From assembly GCA_039714075.1 (NCBI GenBank), contig JBDLKA010000005.1, positions 24,788 through 88,787 of the forward strand: DNA of 64,000 nucleotides. Reading direction: 5' to 3'. The notes below the pieces were generated by a model. The model did not search any database and was not told the DNA's origin. It worked only from the letters and a program-made list of their open reading frames with translations. The position numbers and the translations under genes were made by a program. This stretch comes from Candidatus Krumholzibacteriota bacterium. GTDB lineage: Bacteria; Krumholzibacteriota; Krumholzibacteriia; LZORAL124-64-63. Shown one piece after another: positions 52,384 through 61,396 of the stretch (position 1 is the first letter of the stretch; each line of letters starts with the position of its first letter).

Positions 52384-53433
52384 ATGATGCGCAAATCTCC
52401 GGTCGGCACAACCATCTTCCTTTTTCTTCTGCTGACGGCGGCCATATCCGGGTTTTCCGGCTGCGGCGGCGGTTCCGACAATGCGGAGGGCAGGAAACCC
52501 GCGGGCTACTTCCTGGACTCCCCGACCCTGGCCACCGGCGGATTTCCCATGATCGAAGACGGGGTGCCGGTTTTCTGTTACCACTATTTCCGGTCGGGTT
52601 TCGATGCGGGTTACCTGATGAAGGTCCTGGGCTCGGTCATATTGGGCATGCCCGCCCTGGGCCCCCGGGAATTCTGGACCACGCCCGTCGGCGAGTTTGA
52701 AAAACACCTGCGGTTTTTCCGGGATACCGGGACGGTGGTCATGACCCTCGACGAGGTGGCCGATCTGGTCGCCAGCGGCAGGGACCTGCCACCGCGGGCG
52801 GCCATCCTGACCATCGACGACGCCGATCGCAGCGTTTACGAACTGGCTTTTCCGCTCCTCAAAAAATACGGCATGAAGGCCCACCTCTTCGTCCCCACCG
52901 CCCAGGTGGGAAAATCCTGGAGCGAGCTCGACCTGTGCACCTGGGAACAGCTTGCCGAAATGGAAGCATCCGGCCACGTGCTGCTCGGATCCCACACCCG
53001 CGATCTTCATTTCAAGGTGGAAGTGGACGGTGACTTGGAACCGGTTTTCTTCAATCCCGGGCAGGTGCCCCGGGAGGCCAGGCTCCGGAATTTGACCGAC
53101 CTGTCCCGGCGGGCCGGATCCCGGGCCCCGGACGTCATCCCCGTCGATCTGGCGGAGCTGCTTTCCGGACCCTACGCGGCGGTGGCGGCCGACCTGGTGG
53201 CCAGCAGGGTCGATCTCCGGACCGGGGCCGACGCCGGGGCGGCCTGGCTGGCCTGGCCCTACGGCTTTGCCAGCGATGAACTTGACAGCCTCGGTCGGGC
53301 GGCGGGTTTCCGGGGGACGGTCTCCCTCTATCCCGAGGCCTTTACCGTGCGCGACACCTCATTGCAGGTCGGACGGTTCGCCCTGACGGCCAAAACCACC
53401 GTCGGCCATATCGCCAACCTCTATCCGCGCTAA
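52384..53433 (+). CDS. Polysaccharide deacetylase lipoprotein (PgaB/IcaB-like, CE4 domain only)
   Basis: Lipobox FSGC, YHYF, LTIDDAD, GSHTRDLH, AWPYG. Confidence 0.8.
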   Translation: MMRKSPVGTTIFLFLLLTAAISGFSGCGGGSDNAEGRKPAGYFLDSPTLATGGFPMIEDGVPVFCYHYFRSGFDAGYLMKVLGSVILGMPALGPREFWTTPVGEFEKHLRFFRDTGTVVMTLDEVADLVASGRDLPPRAAILTIDDADRSVYELAFPLLKKYGMKAHLFVPTAQVGKSWSELDLCTWEQLAEMEASGHVLLGSHTRDLHFKVEVDGDLEPVFFNPGQVPREARLRNLTDLSRRAGSRAPDVIPVDLAELLSGPYAAVAADLVASRVDLRTGADAGAAWLAWPYGFASDELDSLGRAAGFRGTVSLYPEAFTVRDTSLQVGRFALTAKTTVGHIANLYPR

Positions 53434-53445
53434 GTAGGGGAAGGA

Positions 53446-53847
53446 TCAGGAATCCGCCGGCAGGGCCTGGACCCAGACCCGGCGGCGGCGGGGCCCATCG
53501 AAATCACAGAACCAGATCTTCTGCCAGGTGCCCAGTTGCAGCTTCCCCTGCGAGACGATCACCGTCACCGAACTGCCGAACATGCTGGCCTTGATGTGGG
53601 CGGCCGCGTTTCCTTCGGCGTGGTGGTAGCCGTCCCGCCAGGGAACGATGCGGTCGAGCGCCCCGCTCATGTCCCGCACCACGTCCGGATCGGCGCCTTC
53701 GTTGATGGTCACCGCCGCGGTCGTGTGGGGGTTGAAGACGACGATGGCGCCTTCCTGCAACCCGAGGTCCGCGACCTGGTCCTGGACTGCGGAGGTCAGG
53801 TCCAGAAAATCGGTCCGGGCCCCGGTCTGCAGATTGAATTCCCGCAT
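53446..53847 (-). CDS. yjbQ: YjbQ/UPF0047 family protein
   Basis: PHTTAAVTINE.ADPDV..D, HAEGNAAAHIKAS, LGTWQ...DFDGPRRR. Confidence 0.9.
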   Translation of the reverse strand: MREFNLQTGARTDFLDLTSAVQDQVADLGLQEGAIVVFNPHTTAAVTINEGADPDVVRDMSGALDRIVPWRDGYHHAEGNAAAHIKASMFGSSVTVIVSQGKLQLGTWQKIWFCDFDGPRRRRVWVQALPADS

Positions 53848-53869
53848 GGCGGCTCCTTGTCTCCGGTGA

Positions 53870-55240
53870 TCAGAAATCGAAGTACATGGTGAACTCGTAG
53901 GGATGGGGCCGCTGGTTGATGGCGTTGATTTCATCCCGCTTGATTTCGAGCCAGCGCCGGATCAGGGACTCGGGAAAAACCCCGTCCTTCACCAGGAACT
54001 GGTGATCCTTCTCCAGCGCGTCGAGCGCGTCGGCCAGGGAACGGGGCAGGAAATCCTCGTTGTGCAGGGCGTCACCGGGGGAATCCTGGGGAGTGTAACC
54101 GGCCTTGATGGGATCGATCCGGTTGATGATGCCGTCGAGACCCGCCATCAGGATGGCCGCGCAACAGATGTAGGGGTTGGCCGTCAGGTCGGGCGGCCGG
54201 TATTCGACGCGCCGCATCTCGGGTTCCGACACGTAGCTGGGGATGCGGATCGCTGCCCCCCGATTGCTGCGGCCGAAGGTGCGCACGGTGGGCGCCTCGA
54301 AACCGGGGACCAGCCGTTTGAAGCTGTTGGTGCTGGGGTTGGTGAAGGCGCACAGCGCATCGGCGTGCTTGAGGATTCCGCCGATGTAGAACAGGGCTTC
54401 CTCGGAAAGATTGGCATACCCATCTTCTTTGTTGAAAATGTTTTGCCCGTCCTTCATGAGAAACTGGTGCAGGTGCCAGCCGCTGCCCGCATTGTCCATC
54501 AGGGGCTTGGGCATGAAGGTCACCTTCAGCCCGTGGTGCTCGGCGAGATTGAACAGGATGTACTTGGTCAGCACCGCATGGTCGCCGGTGGTGGACAGGC
54601 CGGCGAACCAACCTTCGATCTCCTGCTGACCCTGGGCGCCCCCCTCGTGGTGGTGGTAGCGGACCGGGATGCCGAAGTCCGCCATCACGGCGCAGACCTC
54701 GTCGCGGAAATCATCGTACCGGTCGAAGGGATTGCAGGCGTGGTAGGCGTTCTGGTAGAAGGTCTCGCCGCTGCGCACGCCGAAGGAACTGTCGTTCGCT
54801 TCGGTCAGGAATTCCGCTTCCTCGAAGATATGGAATTCGTATTCGGGAGCCCACCGGGATTCGTCGGCCACACCCGAATCGCGCATGGCCTGCTCCGCCC
54901 GGCGAGCGATGTAGCGTCCGTCCTGGGGAAAGGGACTGCGCTGGTCGTCGGTCAACCGGGCTTCGGCGAACATGGTCAGCGTCGGCCGTTTGCGGAAAGG
55001 GTCCACCGCCGCGGTGCCCAGATCCGGCACCAGGACCATGTCGCTGTTTTCCACTTTCAGGAACCCGTAGCTGGAACCGTCGAAGCCGATGCCCTCCTTG
55101 CAGGATTGCTCGGTGAACCGGTCGAAGGGGAAAGAGATGTGATGAAGGCGGCCGGCCAGATCGAGCATCTTCAAATCGATGAATTGGATTCCCGACTGCT
55201 CGGCTTCCCGGCGAACTTCGGCAAACTTGCTGGTGTTCAT
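53870..55240 (-). CDS. glnA: Glutamine synthetase type I
   Basis: FDGSSYG, PEYEF, HHHEGG..GQQEI, FMPKP...AGSGWHLHQ, NSFKRLVPGFEAP, EYRPPD..ANPY; GAGGTGG RBS before ATG 55240. Confidence 0.95.
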   Translation of the reverse strand: MNTSKFAEVRREAEQSGIQFIDLKMLDLAGRLHHISFPFDRFTEQSCKEGIGFDGSSYGFLKVENSDMVLVPDLGTAAVDPFRKRPTLTMFAEARLTDDQRSPFPQDGRYIARRAEQAMRDSGVADESRWAPEYEFHIFEEAEFLTEANDSSFGVRSGETFYQNAYHACNPFDRYDDFRDEVCAVMADFGIPVRYHHHEGGAQGQQEIEGWFAGLSTTGDHAVLTKYILFNLAEHHGLKVTFMPKPLMDNAGSGWHLHQFLMKDGQNIFNKEDGYANLSEEALFYIGGILKHADALCAFTNPSTNSFKRLVPGFEAPTVRTFGRSNRGAAIRIPSYVSEPEMRRVEYRPPDLTANPYICCAAILMAGLDGIINRIDPIKAGYTPQDSPGDALHNEDFLPRSLADALDALEKDHQFLVKDGVFPESLIRRWLEIKRDEINAINQRPHPYEFTMYFDF

Positions 55241-55405
55241 GATCCACCTCGTGTGTGGTGACAATGGCCTTGGACCGGTCCGCGGTCCGGTTCCGTCAAA
55301 TATATATCGCGATGCCCTCCTCTTCCACACTGTCCTTGCCGCTGTCCGGGCGGGGACATATTTTCGAACCCTGAATGGTCGGATCTGTCGCCGAAAGGAC
55401 CCGCA

Positions 55406-56869
55406 TTGCCAATTAAAGCATTGCCAAGCAAAAAGGTGCGCATCCGCTTCGAAGGCACCACCCTGGAGTGCCGCGCCGACACCACCGTGGCCGCCGCCCT
55501 GTGGGAAAACGGCGTCCGCCATCTCTCCCACTCCCCCAAATACGGCCGCCCCCGCGGCCTGACCTGTGCCCGGGGCCACTGCACCGCCTGCCTGATGCGG
55601 GTCGACCGGATCCCCAATGTCCGCACCTGCGAGCTTCCCGTGCGCGAGGGCATGGAGGTCGCCCGGCAGGACGCGGGCGCTTTCTATGCCGCGCCCATGC
55701 AAAAGATCCTGGCCGCCGGCAGCCGTTTCTTCCCGGTCGGATTCTACTACAAGTGGTTCACCAGACCGCCATTCCTGAGCCGCACCTTTCTGGACGGCAT
55801 CCGGCCCATGACCGGGGTCGGACGGCTGCCCGGCAAAGACACCGCTGTCCTGGCCTTGCCGTCGGAGTCTCACCCGTCTGAAGCAGACGAGGCCACCCCT
55901 TCGGACCTCGGCAGGTTCGACACCGTCGTGGTCGGCGCCGGGCCCGCGGGCCTGCGGGCCGCCGCCACGGCCGAGGGAAAAGTCCTGGTCCTGGACGATC
56001 ACGATCTTCCGGGCGGACAGCGCCAGGGCGCGCTGCGGCTGCTGGCCGACCGGCCCGACGGAAATCTGGCTCGCTTCCCGGTCCTGAAATCCTCCCTGGA
56101 GAGGATCGACAAAGCGCGGGAAGAGCTGGCCGCCAGGGATGACCTGACCTTCCTGGCCAGGACCCGGGCCATCGCCGGATACAACCCCGACAGCCTCGTC
56201 CTGCGGCGGGACGACCAGCTGATGTCGGTACGTTTCGACCACCTGGTCTGGGCCGCCGGCGCCCTGGACACCCTGGGACTTTTTGCCGGGAACGACACAC
56301 CCGGCGTTCTCGGCCCCCGCGCCCTGTACCGGCTGCTGGTCCGCGACGGCCTCCAGATCGCCGGCCGCCAGGCCCTGGTCATCGGCGACGGCCCTGATTT
56401 CTGGCTCGTTGCGGCGTTGCTTGACGCCGCGGGCGCCCGGCTGTCCCTGGTACTGGCCGGCACCGGCGGCTCCGACGAAATTTCAGCGGCCGTGGATCTC
56501 AAATGGCCCCTCAACACGGGATTGGAATTGGAGGAAATCGCCGCCCGCGGGGACGGCGGCCTGAAGGCGTCTTTTGTCCCCGGTTCGGCGGAAAACCGGA
56601 CGGCCGGAGCCCGCCTGGCGATGGAAGCGGACCTGGCGGTCATCTGTGGCCGCGGCAAACCCGCCTACGACATCCCCTACCAGCTGGGGGCCGATCTCGC
56701 CCTGCAGCCCGGCCTGGGGGGATTCACCCTGCGCTCTGCCGGCGAACCGGATTCCGGCGCCGTGACCACCGTCCTGTCCCACGGCTCCCGCCTGACGGTT
56801 GTCGGTGAAGCCTGTGGCCAATTGCCAGGCCGGCACCATCGTTCCGCCGGCGAGGTGACACTGCCATGA
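55406..56869 (+). CDS. 2Fe-2S/FAD oxidoreductase, sarcosine oxidase/proline dehydrogenase alpha-like
   Basis: RGLTCARGHCTAC...NVRTC (Fer2_4), VVGAGPAG FAD motif, NDTPGV. Confidence 0.75.
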   Translation: MPIKALPSKKVRIRFEGTTLECRADTTVAAALWENGVRHLSHSPKYGRPRGLTCARGHCTACLMRVDRIPNVRTCELPVREGMEVARQDAGAFYAAPMQKILAAGSRFFPVGFYYKWFTRPPFLSRTFLDGIRPMTGVGRLPGKDTAVLALPSESHPSEADEATPSDLGRFDTVVVGAGPAGLRAAATAEGKVLVLDDHDLPGGQRQGALRLLADRPDGNLARFPVLKSSLERIDKAREELAARDDLTFLARTRAIAGYNPDSLVLRRDDQLMSVRFDHLVWAAGALDTLGLFAGNDTPGVLGPRALYRLLVRDGLQIAGRQALVIGDGPDFWLVAALLDAAGARLSLVLAGTGGSDEISAAVDLKWPLNTGLELEEIAARGDGGLKASFVPGSAENRTAGARLAMEADLAVICGRGKPAYDIPYQLGADLALQPGLGGFTLRSAGEPDSGAVTTVLSHGSRLTVVGEACGQLPGRHHRSAGEVTLP

Positions 56870-57171
56870 GCAAATCCAAGGTGTTTCTCTGCCGTTGCGA
56901 AGACGTCACCCTGCATGAGTTCAAGGAAGCCTACGCGGAAGGTTTTACCGAGTTGGAATCCCTGAAGCGGTACACCGGGGTCGGCACCGGTTTCTGCCAG
57001 GGCAAAGGCTGCCTGAGTGAAGCCGCCGAACAACTCGCCACCCTGCGCGACATCGAGCCGGCCGAGGTTCGCCTGACCAACATCCGGCCGCCGGCCGAAC
57101 CGTTGACCTTTGCCCAGATCGCGGCCCTCGATGTCCCGCAGCCGGCCGACGAACCCGGGAGGGACACATGA
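56866..57171 (+). CDS. BFD-like (2Fe-2S)-binding small subunit
   Basis: LCRCEDVT, KRYTGVGTGFCQGKGC, RPP. Confidence 0.8.
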   Translation: MSKSKVFLCRCEDVTLHEFKEAYAEGFTELESLKRYTGVGTGFCQGKGCLSEAAEQLATLRDIEPAEVRLTNIRPPAEPLTFAQIAALDVPQPADEPGRDT

Positions 57172-58352
57172 TCCCCCTGTCCAGCGGGCCGTTGCCCGCC
57201 ACCGCGGACGCGGTCATCATCGGCGGCGGCATCAACGGGTTGACCACCGCCCGGGAGCTGGTGCGAGAAGGCCTGAAGAACATCGTGGTCCTGGAAAAGA
57301 ACTACATCGGCAGCGGTTCGACCGGCCGGTGCGGCGGCGGCATCAGGCAGCAGTGGACCACCGAGGAGAACATCCGCCTGGCGCAGGAAAGCGTCGCCAT
57401 GTACGAAAACATGTCGGCGGAACTGGGCTACCAGGTTTTCTTCCGGCAGGGCGGCTACCTGATGATCACCGAAAGCGAGAACGACCTTCCCGCCCTGCGC
57501 GACGCGGTGGCCCTGCAGAACCGCTGCGACGTGCCCACGGAATTCCTGCAGCCCGAGGAATGCCTCGAACTCGTTCCGGATCTGGACATTTCCCGCCTCA
57601 AGGGCGCCACCTTCTGCCCCAAGGACGGCACTGCCTATCCCTTCGCCGTGGTCTGGGGTTACGCCCGGGCCTGCCACCGCGCCGGCGTGAAGATCTTCAT
57701 CCGCTCCCGGGTGACCGGCATCACCGCCGACGGCGGTCGCATCCGCACCGTGCACACCGACCGGGGGGACATCGCCACCGAACGGGTGATCAACTGCGCC
57801 GGCCCCTGGGCCCGCTCGCTGGCCGCCATGGTCGGCGTGCAGCTGCCCAACAAGCAGGAACGCCACGAGATCATGGTCAGCGAATCGCTCAAGCCGTTCC
57901 TGGACCCCATGGTGATCTCCATCACCAACGGCATCTATTTCAGCCAGAGCATGCGGGGGGAAATCGTGGGCGGTATCGGCGATCCCGCCGAACCGGGCCT
58001 GGAAAGTCCCGAGCTCTTCGACACCCGCAGCCAATTGCGCTTCGCGGTGAGGTTCGCCCAGGCCCTGCTGCGCTACTATCCCCGCGCCGGACAGGTCAAA
58101 ATGATGCGGCAGTGGGCGGGCATGTACGACGTCACGCCGGATCACCGCCCCATCCTGGGCGGTGTGCCGGGGTTGGACGGTTATTTCCATATCTGCGGCT
58201 TCAGCGGACACGGGTTCATGCTGGGACCGGTGACCGGGCGCCGGATGGCCCGCTTCATCACCAGCGGACGGCCCGATGACATCATCACCAGTCTTTCCCT
58301 GGACAGGTTCGAAAAAGGCGACCTCAAACCGGACGCCTTCGTGGTGGGTTGA
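57168..58352 (+). CDS. FAD-dependent amino-acid oxidase (DAO family; sarcosine oxidase/proline dehydrogenase beta-like)
   Basis: IIGGGING, STGRCGGGIRQQW, RQWAGMYDVTPD, GFSGHGFMLGP. Confidence 0.85.
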   Translation: MIPLSSGPLPATADAVIIGGGINGLTTARELVREGLKNIVVLEKNYIGSGSTGRCGGGIRQQWTTEENIRLAQESVAMYENMSAELGYQVFFRQGGYLMITESENDLPALRDAVALQNRCDVPTEFLQPEECLELVPDLDISRLKGATFCPKDGTAYPFAVVWGYARACHRAGVKIFIRSRVTGITADGGRIRTVHTDRGDIATERVINCAGPWARSLAAMVGVQLPNKQERHEIMVSESLKPFLDPMVISITNGIYFSQSMRGEIVGGIGDPAEPGLESPELFDTRSQLRFAVRFAQALLRYYPRAGQVKMMRQWAGMYDVTPDHRPILGGVPGLDGYFHICGFSGHGFMLGPVTGRRMARFITSGRPDDIITSLSLDRFEKGDLKPDAFVVG

Positions 58353-58358
58353 GGAAAC

Positions 58359-59270
58359 TCAGACCAGATCGCCGAGGGCCTTCTCCAGTTCCGCGAACTC
58401 GAATTTGAAGCCGGCCGCCTTCAGGACGTTCGGAACCACCCGCTGGCTGTCCAGCAGGATGCCCGCCATTTCCCCCAGCGCCAATTTCAGGATGAACCCG
58501 GGTACGGGCATGAAGGCGGGCTTGCCGACGGCCCTTCCCAGGGCCCCGGCAAATTCCTTCTGGCGGGGAGGATCCGGGACGGCGGCATTCACCGGCCCGG
58601 CGAGGTCCTTTTGATCCAGGGCAAAGATGAGGAGCCGGGCCAGATCCCGGATGTGGATCCAGGGAAAATACTGGTTTCCCAGGCCCAGCGGACCGCCCAT
58701 CCCCAGGCGAAAAGCGGGCAGCATCCGGGGCAGGGCTCCGCCCTCGGCGGCAAGGACGACACCCACCCGGATCAGGGCCACCCGGACATTTTCCCGGTCG
58801 GCCTTCATGGCGGTGTGCTCCCATTCCAAGGCCAGGCGGGACAGGAAGCCCGCCCCCGGTTCACTATTTTCGCCCAGGGCGGAATCACCCCGGTCGCCGT
58901 AATACCCCACCGCCGAGGCACTCACGAAAACCATGGGCTGGTCGCAGGCAGCCAGGGCCGCCACCACATTCCCCGTGGTCGACAGCCTGGAGCGCCGGAT
59001 GCGCTGTTTCCTGGACCGGGTCCACAAGCCGTCGGCCACCGGAAACCCGGCGAGATTGATGACGCCGTCACAGGTTCCCAGCCGGTCCTGCCAGTCTCCC
59101 GGCATGGTGGGATCACCACCCAGGATCTCGGCTCCCGGCGGCAGGACGGTCCTGGCCCGCGCCGGGTCACGGGTCAGGCACAGGACCTCATCCCCCCTGT
59201 CCAGCAGCAAGGGAATAACGGCCCGGCCAACCAGACCGGTTCCCCCGGTGACAAATACTCTCATCCCCAC
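58359..59270 (-). CDS. TIGR01777-family NAD-dependent epimerase/oxidoreductase (YfcH-like)
   Basis: VTGGTGLVG, INLAG, SASAVGYYG, GGPLG.GNQYFPWIHI.D, QRVVP..L. Confidence 0.9.
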   Translation of the reverse strand: MGMRVFVTGGTGLVGRAVIPLLLDRGDEVLCLTRDPARARTVLPPGAEILGGDPTMPGDWQDRLGTCDGVINLAGFPVADGLWTRSRKQRIRRSRLSTTGNVVAALAACDQPMVFVSASAVGYYGDRGDSALGENSEPGAGFLSRLALEWEHTAMKADRENVRVALIRVGVVLAAEGGALPRMLPAFRLGMGGPLGLGNQYFPWIHIRDLARLLIFALDQKDLAGPVNAAVPDPPRQKEFAGALGRAVGKPAFMPVPGFILKLALGEMAGILLDSQRVVPNVLKAAGFKFEFAELEKALGDLV

Positions 59271-59434
59271 CCCTTTGCTTACTCCTGGCCCGGATTCACA
59301 TTGGACGGACGTCCCCCCGGAAACAGGACATTACTCCAGTTGCCGCGGGGTGTCCAGCCACCCGGTTTGCCTGTGGCGGCATTTGTCCTATTTTGGGCAA
59401 ACCAACGAGGGAATCAAACCGGCGGGGAGCTGTC

Positions 59435-60244
59435 ATGGAATACCAGAATTTCGATTGTGAGATCGCGGACGGTTGCGCCACCGTTCGCATGATCGGGCCA
59501 GGCGCTCCGGACATGGGCGATCTGTGTGACGAATTCGTGGACCTGATGCTCCGGCTCCAGGAGGACCGCGCCGTGCGGATGATCCTGTTCACCGACGGGG
59601 ATCACGCCTTTGAACTGCATCACCATCTCGACGATCTTTCCCAGGCCCACCAGAACGACCGGGGGTTCGAGGTCCTGGCCGCGGACGAGGAGATATCCCG
59701 CCGGATCGTGACCATGATCGGGGAAACAACCAAACCCGTCGTGGCGGCCACCCGCGGGGACATCCGCTACCTCGGCCTGGGTTTTTTCATGGCCGCGGAC
59801 ATCCGCCTGGCCTCGGACAAGGCCAGCTTCACCACCCAGGACATGTCCGGCGGATTGCTGCCCGGCTGGGGTCTGTTGCACATCCTGCCCCGCCTGATCG
59901 GTCCCGGGCGCAGCCTGGAATACCTGTGGTCCGGACGAACGGTCGGGGCGAAAGAGGCCTACCGGATGGGTCTGGTCGACCGCCTGATAGACGACGAGGT
60001 CTGGGAAGAGGAACTCGACCGGTTCACCGAGCGCATGCGGCGCCTGCCCCAGCCCGCGGTCCAGCTGACCAAGCTGGGCATCCAGCAGGCGGGCAACCTG
60101 GACCTGACCAGCATGCTTTCGGTGGAGTGGGAATCCCAGCAGCAGTGCTGGACCTCGCTGGAGACATCCGAAGGGTTGCGGGCCTGGCAGGAAGGACGGG
60201 ATCCCGAACTGGAAGCGGCGCCGTCCGGAGAAGACGACCAGTAA
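59435..60244 (+). CDS. Divergent enoyl-CoA hydratase/isomerase (crotonase) fold protein
   Basis: KPVVAA, ADIRLAS, GLLPGWG..LPRLIG, AKEAYRMGLV; the catalytic Glu positions are not conserved. Confidence 0.75.
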   Translation: MEYQNFDCEIADGCATVRMIGPGAPDMGDLCDEFVDLMLRLQEDRAVRMILFTDGDHAFELHHHLDDLSQAHQNDRGFEVLAADEEISRRIVTMIGETTKPVVAATRGDIRYLGLGFFMAADIRLASDKASFTTQDMSGGLLPGWGLLHILPRLIGPGRSLEYLWSGRTVGAKEAYRMGLVDRLIDDEVWEEELDRFTERMRRLPQPAVQLTKLGIQQAGNLDLTSMLSVEWESQQQCWTSLETSEGLRAWQEGRDPELEAAPSGEDDQ

Positions 60245-60287
60245 ACCTGCCTTCATACGATTGCCCTGATCGTATCGACCGCAAAAT

Positions 60288-60316
60288 AAAACGGCCGCCC
60301 GGAAGGCGGCCGTTTT
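60288..60316. terminator. Bidirectional intrinsic terminator
   Basis: AAAACGGCCGCC-CGGAA-GGCGGCCGTTTT between convergent genes. Confidence 0.85.
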
Positions 60317-60362
60317 AATTGTTGCCGCTGAATCAGCGGCCTTGGTCGGAAAAACCGTCCGT

Positions 60363-60968
60363 TTACCGGAACAGGCTCTTCACGCTGCCGAAGGAGCTTT
60401 CTTCGACACCGACGGGTCCCGTGCAGTCGCCGTTGTACGTCAACTGGGGAATCCAGGTATCATGACCCAGGGGATCACCCAGGGCCGGGTGCAGTTCCAC
60501 ACCAGTGCTACCGGAGGCCTCGAGGTAAGCCGGAGGACCCTGGATGGGGTCGATCAGGCTGAAGTAGACGCCTTCGATGAAAGCCAGGCTCGGCTGGGAC
60601 ACGTCATTGTAGAAGCTGCTCACCATGAACTGCAGTTCGGCAACGACAACTTCACTGGCAGTCGCCAGCATCGGGGCGGGATAACCGACGATGAATTCGT
60701 CGACGCGGGTCGCGGCATTCACATGGTCACCATAAACGGTTTCGCCAAGCTTCATCATGTTGGAGTAGGTGATCTTGGCTTCCCAACCCCAAACCTCGTC
60801 GTTGGTCAGCTTGGACAGGACAACGTAGGTGGTGAAAGGAGTGTCTTCGCCAATGGTACCACAGTTGGGTTCCAGGCCGATGTTGTCAAAGTAGGTGGGG
60901 TCCTGGGCGAAAGCGGATCCGCTGAGGGCGAAAGCCACCAAGGTCAAGACAAGAACCATCTTCTTCAT
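60363..60968 (-). CDS. Secreted hypothetical protein with C-terminal VxxExxSFGxVKxLFR motif
   Basis: AGGAG RBS, clear signal peptide (SAFA-Q), beta-rich body, two Cys, tail PVGVEESSFGSVKSLFR. Confidence 0.8.
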   Translation of the reverse strand: MKKMVLVLTLVAFALSGSAFAQDPTYFDNIGLEPNCGTIGEDTPFTTYVVLSKLTNDEVWGWEAKITYSNMMKLGETVYGDHVNAATRVDEFIVGYPAPMLATASEVVVAELQFMVSSFYNDVSQPSLAFIEGVYFSLIDPIQGPPAYLEASGSTGVELHPALGDPLGHDTWIPQLTYNGDCTGPVGVEESSFGSVKSLFR

Positions 60969-61396
60969 TTTGTCGCTCCTCTGGTGAGTGGAGATTAAAT
61001 TTTGGGGCTACCCATTTTGGACGTCCCCCGGCGAACGAAATCAACCTTGTCCCAAGATTATATCATAACTGAAGCTCATTTACACGAAAAAATGTGGGAT
61101 TGTTTTCCTTTTTTATCAATCAGCTTTCAAAACCGGAACGGTTCCCCATGACATTAACCCTTTATTTTTTAATGAATTACCAATAAACACCTTAATTATT
61201 AATATATCAACCCGGCCCGCATTGATATTCCGCCTCATGGTCCCCTCGTGACCGGATCCGCATTTCAGGGGAGAAATCCGGAAAAATTCCCGCGAAAAAA
61301 ACTGGCCTCAATTCGACCGCCAAATGATAGTTTTCCCTGTACCGGACAATCCCGTAGCCGGCATGGACCCGCCCGCATACCCTCGGAGGTTATTCC

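Noticed and set aside
55241-56242. Apparent 330-aa N-terminal extension of glnA (similar extensions on the Rsm22-like gene, truA, ecfT and the SSS symporter)
   Set aside because: For glnA, the Rsm22-like gene, truA and ecfT the extension overlaps a neighbouring real gene and the true start has an RBS or a 4-nt stop/start overlap; the SSS start was placed at the ATG before the conserved LDWIVI motif
59300-61035. Shared GGACGTCCCCC(C)GG motif upstream of two minus-strand genes (about 59306 and 61019)
   Set aside because: Only two short GC-rich copies in a high-GC genome; chance cannot be excluded
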